Below the pieces are notes generated by a model. That model was not told the DNA's origin, searched no databases, and saw only the letters and a list, made by a program, of their open reading frames with translations. A stretch of DNA of 64,000 bases from Octopus sinensis. Its lineage: Eukaryota. The DNA lies in NCBI RefSeq assembly GCF_006345805.1, contig NC_043003.1:44888001-44952000 (forward strand), written 5' to 3'. Within the stretch, counting starts at the first letter, position 1. The number at the start of each line of letters is the position of its first letter. Shown piece after piece: positions 46,001 to 60,795 of this stretch. The position numbers and the translations under genes were made by a program.

Positions 46001-48778
46001 ATGTTCAACTGCATGCTTGTTATTTCAGGGTAGAATGAAAGGGGACAATAAAATACAGTAATACAGCAAATCAAAAATTTCTGAAAATTATTGAGGTAAA
46101 TTGTAAATCCCTGCTTGTAAATATAACTAAAGATAAATATTTATTTCCATACTGGTTCTATGAATCCGTAATAATTAAGTCCGGTTTTAATATACGCCTG
46201 AATACAGTAGCAAAGAAGAAGAACATGAACAAGAAGAAAGAGGAGGAAGAGGAGGAAGAGGAGGAAGAGGAGGAAGAGGAGGAAGGGGAAGATGGGGAAG
46301 GAGGGGAAGGAGGAGGAGAGAGAAAAGAAGAAGAGGAAGAGGAACAAGAAGAACGATGATGAAGAGGAGGAGGGGAAGGAGAAGGAGAAGGAGAAGGAGA
46401 ACAAGAACAAGAACAAGAAGGAGAAGAAAAAAAACGAAGATGAAGAAGATGAAGAAGAAGAAGAGGTAGAAGAAAAAAAACGAAGATGAAGAAGAAGAAG
46501 AAGAAGAAGAAGAAGAAGAAGAAGAAGAAGAAGAAGAAGAAGAAGAAGAAGAAGAAGAAGAAGAAGCAGAAGAAGAAGAAGAAGAAGAAGAAGAAGAAGA
46601 AGAAGAAGAAGAAAAAGAATCTGTATGGATCGCAAAAAACACTGTAACAAATGATAATGATAAATCAAAAAAAAAAAACAATGAAGCAACCACAATTGTG
46701 TATGGACATTGTTAAAAGTTAGATTTTATCGCTGTTGTTTTTTTCTTTCTTCGACCGTTTGTAATTAGTTACTGAAACATTTTTATTCTCATAATTATTG
46801 ATTCGTTACCATTCATTATTCATTCAAGATATTTAATTTGATTATTAAATTTCTGTTTTACCGTGCATTATTGTATTCTTTATAACGTTTTAACATCTTT
46901 TTTTTTTTGTATCTCCATTAATGACAAAGAAAATCTTTTCTTTTGTTTTCTAATGTTTGGAACTGTTGTCGCTAAATTAGCAATGCTTTTGCACTAATTA
47001 CATCTCTATTGATTCATAATTTTTAAGATATGAAACCAATTTGAATTCAGAATTTTCAACAATTTTATTGCAATATTGAGTTGAACTGCTTGATTAAAAG
47101 TATATATACGCGTGATATTCGATTTAGTAATAATGATATTCGAATTTTTATGCCATGACAATTAAGATACTTTACGTTATTATAATACCAAATAATTCAT
47201 TTCGAATATTGCATAAATATAAGAATAGCAGTTCCGAACTGAAATTAATTTTGGTGTTAAATCATTTTCCACACAACCTGTAAGCTCTTCAAATGTTCCT
47301 TCTTTTGGGAACTGTGTAAATTTTTATCCTCCGTTACAGAAATCTAAAAGTGATTTGCCGCTCTCATTCCACCCCAACCCGTACCTATTTTACTGCTTTT
47401 GGTCAGATGCTGTTTGACAACGGTAATCATTAATAATGTTTTAATTCATTAGAGTGTCCTGTAGGTACTTTTTCAGATATTTTCAACTTTGGCAATCATT
47501 ATTACAATGATGGAAATTATTCGTCGAGGCTTGTTTCACTTTAAAAAAAAAAAAAGGACGCTGCGTTTTACACCGGTAAACATACAAATGCAACAGTCAC
47601 AGGGACATTATTCAAGCATTAGTATATTTATACACAAATGTCATTGGCTGTGACGAATCCAGCATCACACTGTTGATGGAGTATACTGCGTTTAACAAAC
47701 CTCATTTTTAATTTCTTTTTGGTGATTAGAACATACCCATAACACATTTAGGATGGTGCACATTGTGCAATATGAATAGTATGCTAGCACGTGCACACAC
47801 ACATACACACACACACACACTCACACGCAGAGACGCAAGAATGTATATTCCACATTTTCAGCTCAAAAATCTTCTTTGTGAGATCACAAAGAAAAGGAGA
47901 AGTGAATCCAAATATTTATATAAGCATGTATATAGGTATCAAAGGTATTCCTCTACCTGTGTATGCAGAAGAATAGCTTTCACCAATGTGTTTTACAGTT
48001 AGATGTAGGCAATAAGACGGAGTTTCGAATCTAAAGTCGTATCCACGTCGATGTGCCTGCACTCATATAAGTACATCATCTCTGGATGGCTAACAGCTAG
48101 GTCACATTTGAGAATCCGTTGCCGTAGAATCGGTCTGTGTTCTCTTTCACCATGTAATTTAGAGTATAAATAAGTATATACAGAAGTAATCTACATACAG
48201 CCTAAAGCGGCTCTGTAAGTTAGAAAGTGTGATTTGTATCAAAGTAATATAAAATGCATCCTTCGCTACAGGAGCAAAAACTTAAATATTTAATGCTAAG
48301 TTGCTTGCGAAAATTATTCTTCGTTCTAGAGATAGTTGCACATATCAGCATAAAGATTTGGATTCATTATCTCAAGCCAATGAATCGCTGATTACTTTCA
48401 CACTAGAGTGTACTTATACTGAATTAACTATACGAAACAAGACAGTATACTTAAAAGTAAGACAATAGAATGTAAATGTTAGCTATGAGCTTAATTCAGT
48501 GTCATCTAAAATAAACACCGTTAATTTATTTCTTTTGTCGTTTAAATAATCTTTTGAATTTCAAGTCGCCAATTTGCTGCACCAGTGAGACATGCAATTC
48601 TATTTCATTACGATGCGGTTAGTAAACTGGAAGATATAATATAAAATATACATATATATACATAGAAATCTGTAAGGGTCATTGGATGCCCCTTTGTAGA
48701 CCCCCTATTAGTCAGTTTTGCTGTCCTTATTCTTCTGATTATTATTATGGCTTGATAATAATTGTTTGATAATATGAA

Positions 48779-49122
48779 GGCTTCGAGCTGTTAGAAACAT
48801 TAGCACGCTGGACGAAAAGGTTGACTTTGCCTTTCATCCTTTCGGGGTCGATAAATTAAGTACCAGTTGCGCACTGGGGTCGATGTAATCGACTTAATAC
48901 CTATGTCTGTCCTTGTTTGTCCCCTCTGTGTTTAGCCCCTTGTGGGTAATAAAGAAATAGGTATTTCGCTACTTTCTGAGTTCAGATTCTACCGAGGTTG
49001 ACGTTGACGTTCATCCCTTCGGGGTCGATGAATTAAGTATCAGTTGAACACTAGGATCATAGTAATCGACTCGTCCTCCTCCCCAAATTGGCTGACTTTG
49101 TGCCAAAATTTGAAACTATTAT
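48779..49122 (+). mobile_element. SINE family C composite (tailed subtype fused to older copy)
   Basis: Unit ending gtgggtaataaagaaatag (48960) followed by gtatttcg and a diverged second body ending tgtgccaaaatttgaaactattatt. Confidence 0.8.
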
Positions 49123-51204
49123 TACGGTTTGATAGCTAGCGCTAGCACGTACTTTTGTAAATTCTCACTGTGCCACGTCTTTTAATTCACTGAAATGAAT
49201 TTTGCAACCCTTGGATCAATGAAAGATGGTGATATTGTTGATGACGTTCTTATAGTTGTCATGGCTTTTGTTTTGATGTTTTGATATTCTTTTTGCTATG
49301 ATGGTTTTTAGGTTTTTCGTGTTGGCAGGAGTTATTATCTATTGTTAGTTTTATTTTAAAGTACATAATTGGATTGCGTGCTACGCTGAGTAAAATTTTG
49401 CGTGAAATTTGTTCATAGAGAGGAAGGCTTTTATTGCCAGAATAAAAAAAAGGTATTAATTTAATTATCAACATTTTCAACATGGCATCTAAGACCAACA
49501 TGTTATATTAGTTGTCATACATTTCGAAAACGGAGTTTTAAAATCACATGAAGTAAAGAGAAACAGAAATCACACGAGCAAAGAATTAACTGTAATTTAA
49601 GAACGCCTTAGAAGTGTTGCAAATCTTGCAGGTAACACCATCCTTGATGATGACGCACAGTCATTGTCAATATGAATTCTTATAGAATTGATAACAAACA
49701 CACTAAATCCTCTTTTGTTTATAAATGATCTGTAATTAAAGTAATTTAAAAACGTACATCACCTAGCAAGGATAAATCTAGCGTTAAACAAACACAACGC
49801 GTCCTTGGCCGTGACACATGTCAAAGAAAGGAATTGCTCTGAAGAGAATTCTTGACTTACTTTTATTCTAACGCAAACTTTTGAGGCCAACCTCCGAAGA
49901 GACTCGGCTTCCATCAACCACGCGATGAAGGATCGCTTCCAGAGTTTGCGATGAAACAAAAGAGAATAGACCATATAATATCCCAGCATAAAGCAACAGT
50001 TACATTTAGAGATAGGGATTATGATGTTAGCTTGGTTAACCCTGTCATTTTTAATATCATATCGATAGGTTAGGTTGTACGTAAAACTGATATGAACACA
50101 AGTTGTTTACTTAGAAAGGTGGTCATGAAATCAACCGTCTTATGATCCCTAAAATATAATGCTATCTCAGGTTTAATAATTGTGTAGTCGTACACAGAAA
50201 ACAATTGCACTCACTGTCAGAACAGAAAACCTACAGGAAAAAAAAAGAAGTTTGTTGCACCAAACTCCGCTTCAAGTGTTTTTACTTCGGTGATAGGAAC
50301 GGCACGAGAAGATATGATGAGAGACAAGTAGAGAACGACCAAATCAAGCAGACGGCATTCTATTTTGCTAAAGATATTACCACGTTTTCAGTCCCAACAT
50401 TGGCAAATGATAAATATCAGTTTCACAACAATAAAAATTTGGAGAACTGGTGGCAGATGAAGATGCATAGCGGATCCTTGCAAAGGCAAAAACAAATTTG
50501 CAAAGAGTTATGTAAAATACATTGTTTTAAAAGTAAAGAAAGGGACAACAAAGGACGGCTGTAGGATTAAAATTCACATAAATAAAATTCCGCTTGTCGG
50601 TGGAGAATGGCGCTCATGGTTCTGAGAACAATCATCGGGCATATAAGACCCAATTCTAAATGCTAACACACTAAATCAAATTTAATAATGTTATCGATAT
50701 ATTTTAAATATAGGTTCAATTCACAAATAATTATGAAACAGGATATGCATTACAGCAACATCAGAGATCGATCACAGTATAAAATAACAATGCCCATTGA
50801 ACGTCCCATGCTTTTAATACGGCAAATGCTAAACATGCCAACAGGTGACACAGAATTGCAATACAATGAGTGACCGCTGATTGAAACATATAGGGTTGAA
50901 CTGACATTATTGCTGTTTTCTGTGATGGATATGCTGGTTACTCTAACTGTTCCATTCATTCTCATTATAAATATGTCCAGTTCTTTGCATTGTTTGACAT
51001 TCTATCGTAATATCTTATTTTCATCTAATGTTTATCTTTTACATTTTTACTAAAAATTTCATAAAATTTTCACCTACCCCTCATTTTATAAAACTACCTT
51101 ATCTCCACCAACACACGCTTTTGCAACTCTGATAACTTTTTTATTTGTATAAATGTATTCGATTCTGTGACCAATAATGTAATTTATTGTTATTAATATC
51201 ATCG

Positions 51205-51237
<33 letters not shown>

Positions 51238-51337
51238 CAACCACCACCACCACCATCATCATCATCACTGAGTTTTCTTGTATTTACATACATTGGGCTT
51301 TATACTCACTCCTACATATATGCCTGTAAGTGTGTGT

Positions 51338-51391
<54 letters not shown>

Positions 51392-53535
51392 GTGTAATAT
51401 ACATTTATATGTTATTTCTGAGAAGTGATTTGATTCATAGTGCACTTAAGAAATATCTGTATATCTTCTTCACAATCTATGCATTGATGAAATGATGATA
51501 AGTAGAGAATAAACTATATCTACAGGCTATGTCTTATGTCTGAACATCATAATTCATATAAATCAATACCATCTTTTTACATGCAGTACATCTTAAATAT
51601 CTGGAAATGATATCAAAGAATTTTCTTTCTTTTTTTCACCGCGTGATCAAAAACTGTTTTCGTTCACCCTAGCATATGTTTTTTCTCTGGCAAGGAAGAG
51701 ACGGAAGTAATAATTTTCTGGAGTTGAAATTAACTATATTTCAACAAATTATGCACCAACTTAAAAAAGGTAGGTTATTTACAGTATTATAATTATAGTT
51801 TTTGTCTGTTTTATTTTTATGATTTTTACCTCGCAAAAGTATGTAGAGGTGAAAAATACTGGTATCATTTCTGAATTATTAATGGAGTCGGATTTGCGTC
51901 TACAAATATTACATAAGTTTTATTAACTTCTCCACTCATATATCAGACTACGCATCAGTGTTTCAGCGTACGGTTCTCAGCACCCAAAATATCATTCTCA
52001 TTATTCCACCAGGACATATTTATACCTAAATCTAGAAAGATTACAAAAGGATTTTAATAAAGATTTAACCGAAATTGAATACCAACGGTATCGCTTATTC
52101 ACAACAGGCGTTTCCCTAATCTCCGTCCCATTTTCATGCCAACTACATCATTGACTAGAATATGCGGTGGCTTCCATCCACTATAAATTGATCTCTCATA
52201 TTCTGAAAATGCATGATTCAACCCATTTTAAATTTGAAATAAAAACCACCATTATTGATGAATATTTCATAAAGCTATCTATCTCCTCATTCTGTGTGTC
52301 CTCTACTATAGAATCTTTAGAGTCTTAACGGCCTGATCCTTCCTTTATAGTACACCCACTAGCAGTATATTATCATTTAACAATTCATGAAAGGTAATGT
52401 ACATGGAATTAATATTCAGCTATACTGCATCCCTTATGTTTACATTCAAATCTCCTGTCTTGCAAAAGTAGCTTCCATTCCGAATAGTCAACTGCAGCAG
52501 GCACAGATGAATTCACATATGACCGCCATTTTTCTGATTCTGGTAAACTCGCGGGTTCGGCAATGTCACTCACTCCCACATTTGTCTTCTCTTAATTAGT
52601 GTCCTCTTTGATGGAAATTCTGATATCGAAAATTCCTATGCAGCTGATTAATGACCTTCACTATTCCTTAGTTTACAACAGTGTCATGCACATTCAACCT
52701 AAATAATACGTCAAGAGATACTCTACATTCATAAGTACAGACCTTAAGGATTTACAATCCTTCTGCAGTGCGAATACATATTAAATGTTTTAATATCTCA
52801 CACTCTAAATGCATACAATGTATATCACCAAACACAACAATGCTCTAGTTAAGTATTAAAGCTTCTAATGATCTCTAATAGTTACCGCCTAACTAACTAA
52901 CGTTCACTGATGTTCAACGCTTAATAGTGAGATTTTCCTTAAAGATAGGTCATCGCAGAACCCAGATAAATTACGAAATTAATACTAGTTCAAATACAGT
53001 TAATATGCATAAGTTGATATGCTACTAGAAAGTAGCATTCTACATCTAACCACAAAGAAGCAGATTCATTTGATTTTTTGATTCCTTCCAACACACTCTC
53101 AAAACACTACCTGATGGACTTACTGTTTCTTTTAACCTGACTCTCTTTATCTGAATGAAAAGGCACCTACTTTTCCGAAAAACGTAAATTAATATGCTCA
53201 CCAACTGGAAACATACGCTCTGATCACCTTTGCTGTCTCTCTATATTCTATCTTCCCATATTCTGCGTTTTGATATTCCACCAGGCGCTCGTTTCTAAAT
53301 CTCACAATTACCGAATTACAAAGTTTGGACCTTAAATAAAAGGTATCAATCACACCGGTTTCGAGATACAAAAGTCAACGAAAAATATCTTGTTTTTCTA
53401 AATTTTAAAACGATTTAGTTCTCACACATTCGAGATGTATTTAATTTTTAATATTTCAGATAGGTTCTAGGAGGTGAGCTGCTATAATTGCTAACCTTGT
53501 GCCAAAATTAAAATCAATATTTAAGGTATATTCAG

Positions 53536-53682
53536 GGCGGCGAGCTGGCAGAACTGTTAGCACGTTGATCAAAATGTTTACCGGCATTTCGTCCGCCTAT
53601 ATGTTCTGTATCCAATTTCCGCTGATGTCGACTTATCCGCTTCCCCGAACGTTTAATTCCTCTAATCTTTGGAACCAATATT
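53536..53682 (+). mobile_element. Decayed SINE family C
   Basis: ggcggcgagctggcagaactgttagcacg...ggcatttcgtcc...ttccgctgatgtcgactt. Confidence 0.7.
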
Positions 53683-53750
53683 ACGGAAAGGCGGTCTGTA
53701 CCTACACCTATATACATTTCTCTTTTTGTCTTTGGCTCTCTCTCTCTCTC

Positions 53751-53811
<61 letters not shown>

Positions 53812-53870
53812 ATATATATATATATATTCTCTGTATATCAATACATACACACACATATGTACATATAATA

Positions 53871-54249
53871 CAGGGTGAAGCAGAGAGGAGAAATTGCTAT
53901 CACTAAGCCCCAGAGGAAGGGACATATGTTCAACAGCGACCATTCGGTCCATGATTTATTAGCATTTGTTTTTCTTTTCAGCCATGGTGCTGTGAGCGAT
54001 AGAGCATCACGTGTGTGCCTACGACACCAACGGGAAGAATAAATAATCTGTCACAGTAGTTCAGTATGAGTTTCGCCGCCACTTCAATATTCACCGAAAT
54101 CAGGCGGTTCCCACCCGTGACACAATCTTATGTGGGGTGAATGCACTTCGTACACGAGGTATACCAATGAATTGGAGACCGGTGGGGGTATCACGAACGG
54201 TACAGACGCAAGAAAATGCGGAGCGTGACAGACAAGCTTTGATACGGAA
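53871..54249 (+). mobile_element. Tc1/mariner-superfamily 5' end: TIR and transposase N-terminus
   Basis: TA|CAGGGTG start; SVTVVQYEFRRHFNIHRNQAVPTRDTILCGVNALRTRG..SRTVQTQENAERDRQAL, typical HTH N-terminus. Confidence 0.8.
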
Positions 54250-54384
54250 TATGTGTGTATGTGTGTACATGTGTGTGTATACATGCATGCACAGATACAT
54301 GCAAGCATACATATACATATATATATATAAATACATATGCATATTTCTATACACATACATATATGCACGCTCATACATTATACC

Positions 54385-54420
<36 letters not shown>

Positions 54421-54424
54421 CATA

Positions 54425-54720
54425 CTTCTGTGTCAAATTTCGACTTCATGGCATCAAGTGCCTAATATAGCCTGAGACCGAAACCTTGTGATCACATTTT
54501 GGTAAGCAGAAGCTGACAGAATCCCTTCGTATATGTGTGTGTTTGTGAATGTACGTGTGCATGTCGGTTTGCGTGGGTTTCCCTATAAAATTACAGTCCG
54601 TCAATGAGACCGAAAAACTAAGTTTGTGCTTAAAAACGAAGTACTGAGTTCGCTTTGTTCGACTAAAAGGCTTCAAGGCTGTGCACCAGCATGGCCGCTG
54701 TCTACTGACTGAAACAAGAA
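54425..54720 (+). mobile_element. Decayed SINE family A (fragment also at 56478-56585)
   Basis: aaccttgtga..ggtaagcagaagctgacagaatcccttcgt; tail gtgcaccagcatggccgc..gactgaaacaag. Confidence 0.65.
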
Positions 54721-55900
54721 AACGAAGAAAGAACAAAAAAATAGATGTGTGCGTGTGTGTTTGTGTGTATGCGTGTGTGTATGTGTATGTCTGTGTCTGT
54801 GTGTGTGCATGTGTGCACACGCGTGAATGTCTGTTCTATCTGTGTCTCTGTAAGTCTTTGAAATTGTTTAAGTATATCTGTATAAATATGCATGTTTCTT
54901 TTATATCATAGCAAGAGAAAGCGTTTTTTATCAGTTGGACCGATATCAGCATATCTTATGAATAATCTACAAATTCCTCGGTTTTCAGCTGCTCATGAAA
55001 ATATTGTATGTCCGACCTCTATTATTAATTCGCATTAATTTATTCGTATAAACACACATTCTCGGTCGCTTATTGATACTCTATTTTCATACGACAACAT
55101 ACTAAAGAATAAATGTTTATGTGTCAGCCGGCATTGGATGCGTAAATTAAATATCAGTAAAATATACAGAACTGCGCAATGCATTTAATTAAAATTCCAT
55201 TTCTTATGTTTATTGTCTGCAACCACCTTGCGTACTTAAAAAATAATAATTATAAATTGGATTGTTGGTTAAAATACACTTGTTTATCATGTAAAGAGTT
55301 ACAGAATGACAAAAAAACAATTGCTAACGTCTTACTAATATATTAGTCGAGATAGAAGGGGGAATACGTTATAATGCAAATAGGTAAAGGAATTTTAATA
55401 AAATCTGAAACAAATAGTATTTTTATATTTAATAGTGTATGTGTGTAATCAATCTTTTACTATAAGGAATTGCATAAAAAACCGTGTGTTTATAATACAT
55501 TATTCACAGGAGCGTAGGCTGGAATCTGAAGGTATTTCATGTAGCATTTACAAAGGAACACTAATAACACCTGACTAATTTATGTGTCTTTGTCTTGACG
55601 AATGTGACTGTTTGCTTTATATGTTTAAGCCAAATTCAAACATACTTAAATACATTATTCATATCATTATTACTCTTAACTCTGCAAATATATTCGCTAC
55701 AAAATTATCCCTTTGAACATTTTTGCGTTTGGTTGACGCCGTGAAACATGTGATACTTACTTTTGACCATATTTGTTAATGATGCCTATCACGTATATTC
55801 CGTTCTGTATGAAAACCAAATCTGAAGTCTGCCAGAAAGCAACTGCGGCAATGGACGCTGAAATTTTCTGCATTCAAAGCTGATGATTAGCCTATAGATG

Positions 55901-55991
<91 letters not shown>

Positions 55992-55992
55992 G

Positions 55993-56052
<60 letters not shown>

Positions 56053-56091
56053 TACAGACAGACAGACAGGCAGACAGACAGACAGACAGGC

Positions 56092-56183
<92 letters not shown>

Positions 56184-56639
56184 GTGTTAACCAGTTTTGA
56201 ATTAAGTACTGCACAGTTCCAGTAGCCGACAATCGTTTAAGTACGAATATTCTCACTGATTTATATATCTTATATACTTATAAATTGCGAATTACTATAA
56301 GAATGTTAACTTCATACATCACTCTTCTTCAAATGATGGACGGATCTCCACAGAATAAGTTAAACGTCTGTAAAGATAGAGATTTGAGTAAGATAAGATT
56401 GGTGTATATATAAACTTGAGAATTATTTTGCAGAAACATGATCTGTCTCTTCCTGTATGTGTGCGCATATATGTGAACAGGTGTGACTGCGTACTGAGAA
56501 GTTTACTTCCTTCGCTGTCTCCTACTATACTGTCAGGCTAACCAGACTTGAGAGTGGATTTCGCTGAGAGAAACTGAAAGAAACTATGGTATGTATATAT
56601 ATATTATTGGCTAAACTGGCAAAATCACCATTCCTAAAT

Positions 56640-56690
<51 letters not shown>

Positions 56691-56909
56691 CATGTATGTA
56701 TGTATGTATGTATGTATATATGTATAAGCTGTATACTTAAAATGAACAATTTTAAATACTGTTGGATTTTTCTCGTAAGATATTGGATATTGCAATCATA
56801 CATACATACTATTCTGCCTACAAATTCAAAATTCCCTACATATCTCACATCTATTTTCTTTCCTCCACCTCACTCTCTATTTTGTATCCTATCTAAATTA
56901 ACAATTACT

Positions 56910-58600
56910 TAACCATCTTCTGTGCATCAGACACTTGGTTAACATTTCCTGTTCCTGGATTGCAAAGGCATTCCCATCAAAGTGGGAGCTAGATATCCGG
57001 TTACTGGACCATGATAGACTGTTTTCATGATCAATCTTACTATCATTTCGGAGCTTCTACCTACATATCCATGCAGTCTTCTGCTCATATAGGCTCATCT
57101 TTTCATCTGAAGATGCGTTGCGCTAGGTTATCAGACAAAGAATATTGCTCAAGGAGTTGCCTTCTAAGTCTTATGATGTTACCAACCTCATATATGCAAA
57201 CTTGGCCAAGGGATGAATTTCGAAACTTGTTGGTTAAAAGATGTTGCCGAAGGGATATGGTACGATATTTTCGTTTTAGGTAGGGGCGATCTATGTCACT
57301 GAATGTTTATGTGCGCTTGTCAGTATTTTTCAGGTTTTCACATGAATGACTCGGATCTCATCAAGCAACCAATCAAGCAGCCCAAATGTTAGTATGAGCA
57401 ATATAAACTCATACTGGGCCAGTTTTATTGAATGCAGAGAGTTCTGAGGTCTAAATTTTCTTTATTCGGCTGTAATATTCTTTAATGACAGGTATTTTGT
57501 TACAGGTGTCATTGTAATATATGTTTTCATCTACCTTTAACATTCCTCGTCAGATTTAGGGGAAATAGTCAAATCATTGATGGAGATGTTACTAGTCTGG
57601 TTTACAGTTTTTTCCCCTTTTCACAACTATATAACAACATTTATCCTGACCAAACTCCAACCCTACATCCTTTGTAAATGTTGTAACTAGGTCAAGGCAC
57701 TTTTCCATCTCGTGTATATTCTGTGCATGAAGTTCCAAGTCTTCCACGAAGAAACAGGGTGTAATTTTGGTATTTCTGTTTCCTTGTGTATCTGTGAGCT
57801 ACCCTTCAGACTTACTCGAGATGAATAACAAGGATTTTACAGAAAGTATAAACAACATCATAAAGAGACTGTCCCCTTGGAATATGCTTTCACGATACTG
57901 TATTGTATCAATGATAATACAGTCACTCGTTATGTTTAATTTCAAGATTGTGGCCCACGGTGAAGTCAGGTCAGCTATGGCTTTGACAATACTCACTGGA
58001 ACTTTAGCAAGTTGAAGGGCTTATGTCATCCATAAGTGGGAAACATAGTCAAAGGCCTTCTTGTAGTCTAGCTGCATTGAAATTGTTTCCTCCTATACTC
58101 ACGCACTTCTGGCATCACAGTTTTGTTGATTAACAGTTGCTCGGCACATCTCCAGACTCCCTTCTTCGCAGCTACTTGTTCTGCAGTGAGGATGTTATTG
58201 GTTTCAGAATCGTCCTGGAGGAAGATGTTTAAGCAAGATGATGTATATATCTTATAGATTAAGTTCTGTCATGCAACTGGCCGTTGTTTTTAGGTTGTTG
58301 TTTTTTTTGGCACGTGCTGGTTTTTTATTTGCTGACCGATTTTGTCTATGACAGATCTAACCAATGTGGTATGCTACTGTTCCAATTAAGCGTTGGGTGC
58401 AGATTGATAAGATATGACCGGTAGAATGTTAGCTTCTTGTACCAATATCTAACAATCAATTCTCTTCCAGATGCATTTCCATCCTGGGGTTTCTAGATCA
58501 TAGTTGCAAGAGTTCCACCATAAATTTTGTATATCTTGGATGAAACGGAAGAGCAATAACTTCTTCGGATTTCTTCCAACCACAGGGCATCTTGGTTAAA
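56910..58600 (-). mobile_element. Decayed R4/Dong-type LINE RT region
   Basis: Minus strand EQLLINK, LDYKKAFDYVSH, SIFQGDSLFMMLFILSV, FFVEDLELHA in correct RT order. Confidence 0.8.
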
Positions 58601-60162
58601 CTCCTTCTTTTCACTCCCGTATGTATGTATGTACGTATGTTTTTATGTATGTATGCATGCATGCATGCATGTATGTATGTATGTGTATGTGCAATTTGTA
58701 CAATTATAGCTGGTAAAAAATATTTACAAACGTTGTTGAACTCAAGGGTATGGATCTTCCAAAATGCGATTATTTATGTTCATATGCTTTTTCACAGTAA
58801 ACATTTACTCCAATCTAATTGATTCCATCGTATCAAAGGAATGTTGTTCGACGTAGTCGAAACTCAGAAGGTCTGCCGTAAATGTGGTTCGTTTAGAGGA
58901 ATTCAACACTTATGGAATTTAATATTTGCAACAAATTGTTTCCTTCTCCATACGTTAAAGCGGCACAAACTAAAAATATAGCTACTCTTCTAACAGAAGA
59001 ATATATCAAGAGTGTTTTGTCTTCTAAAATTTTGGACAGCATTATATTAACAACACAGTGATACCCTACTTGCCCACTCGTTCCGAAACTAGTAATCTAA
59101 TGCACACATGAAGTTTTAGATCTGCAATTCATCAAAGTATAGAAAATAAGACTGCCAATGTGTAATCACGAGATATGACTTTGCAATATTTGCTATAACG
59201 GAGCAAAGCAGCCGAAATAAAGCTGCCAAATACCGGCAGACGTAGCACATCTCCAGTAATGAAGATTCTGAGTTCTTTATTGTCATTTCCATTCATAAAA
59301 CTTTGTCCAACATTCAATAAGGCTTTCTTTACGAAGATTGCCCGAAAAATTGCTACATTTAAGCCACTGCTACACGGTGCTAAAACTGCAATTTTCACAA
59401 AGCTTGCAGCTATTTACAAGATCTGCCAGGTTAACCCCTTTCTAAAATGAATACTACGACATTAGGTTCTGCATTACCAATCATGAATTGACAAGTAATG
59501 GACATGAGAACAGAAAAATTGAAGCTGCCCATCCAGAAGGTTAACCTTCTTTTAATTGTGTTTCCCTTTTAAATTTCTCTTTCTAAACCTTAATGCATAA
59601 CACTCAAATGATGTCAAGGATTGTAGCATACAAAGATGTACACTTAATATTTGAAATGCTGTGGCTGAATTAGCCGAGATTCGTGGAGATCTTTTCAGAA
59701 TGGACCTAAAATACCGTTAAATATCTAAACCGCAAGTATGAGTACCTTGCCCAAAACTTCAAGCTCAAGAGTGGTATATTTACATTGCCTGTTCATTTTG
59801 ATGCCCTATTTACACGGTGTGTTAATATAGCACTCAAAAGAAGTCTATGATGCAGCTCATATCAACAAGATCCTCCATGTAAAATATTCAGGACTTGAGA
59901 AAATTTACTTTTCGCTGTATAACTACGATGAAGCCATTAATTCAGACGGAAAAGTTTTAAGACGGATATCGTATAAATTTGACATAATTATAGCATATGT
60001 CACTGATAATGAATATTACCCTTTCCATATCCCTCCTCTTCATCTCCTCCTCATTCTCCTCCTCCTTCTTCTTCTTTTACTTCTTCTTTTCTTTTCTTTT
60101 CTTTTTCTTCTTCTTTTGTTTTTCATCTTCTTCTTCTTCTTTTCTTTTTCTTCCTCCTCTTC

Positions 60163-60224
<62 letters not shown>

Positions 60225-60369
60225 GTTGTTAATATAATTATTGATAATGTCTTTATTGTTGTTATTCTTTTTCTCCTCCTTCTTCTTCCTTCATCATTAT
60301 CCTCCTCCTCATCATCATCATCATCATCATCGTTATTATCATCAACATCGTCATCATTATCAGTATTAA

Positions 60370-60580
60370 AGGCATTGAGCTGAGAAAATAGCACGTCGGA
60401 TAAGACAATTAGCAAGTTGCAATCAGTCTTTACGATATGAGATAAATGTCCATGCAGTTGTCCTTGCTTTACATTTATTCAGATTCGACAAAAATCAGAA
60501 CCCGTTCAGCACTGGAGCCAGTGTTGTTGCCTTACCCACTGCCCAAAATTACTGGCTTTCTGCCAAAATCTGAAAACATT
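60370..60580 (+). mobile_element. Decayed SINE family C with (ATT)n/(AGT)n tail
   Basis: gagctgagaaaatagcacgtcggataa...cccaaaattactggctttctgccaaaatctgaaaacattatt. Confidence 0.5.
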
Positions 60581-60603
60581 ATTATTATTATTATTATTAT
60601 TAT

Positions 60604-60685
<82 letters not shown>

Positions 60686-60795
60686 TCCTTCTATCTTCGA
60701 ATTTTCTTCCGTTTCTCAACGAGTGTTTTCCGTACACCTATGGCAGAGATCTCATTGTATGCATTCCCAGATTACACACGCAAATTCGCAGGTAA

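Noticed and set aside
59132-59450. Overlapping 88-aa and 63-aa ORFs in unique-looking sequence
   Set aside because: Flanked by stops, no motifs or convincing splice sites; possibly an old unrecognised repeat.
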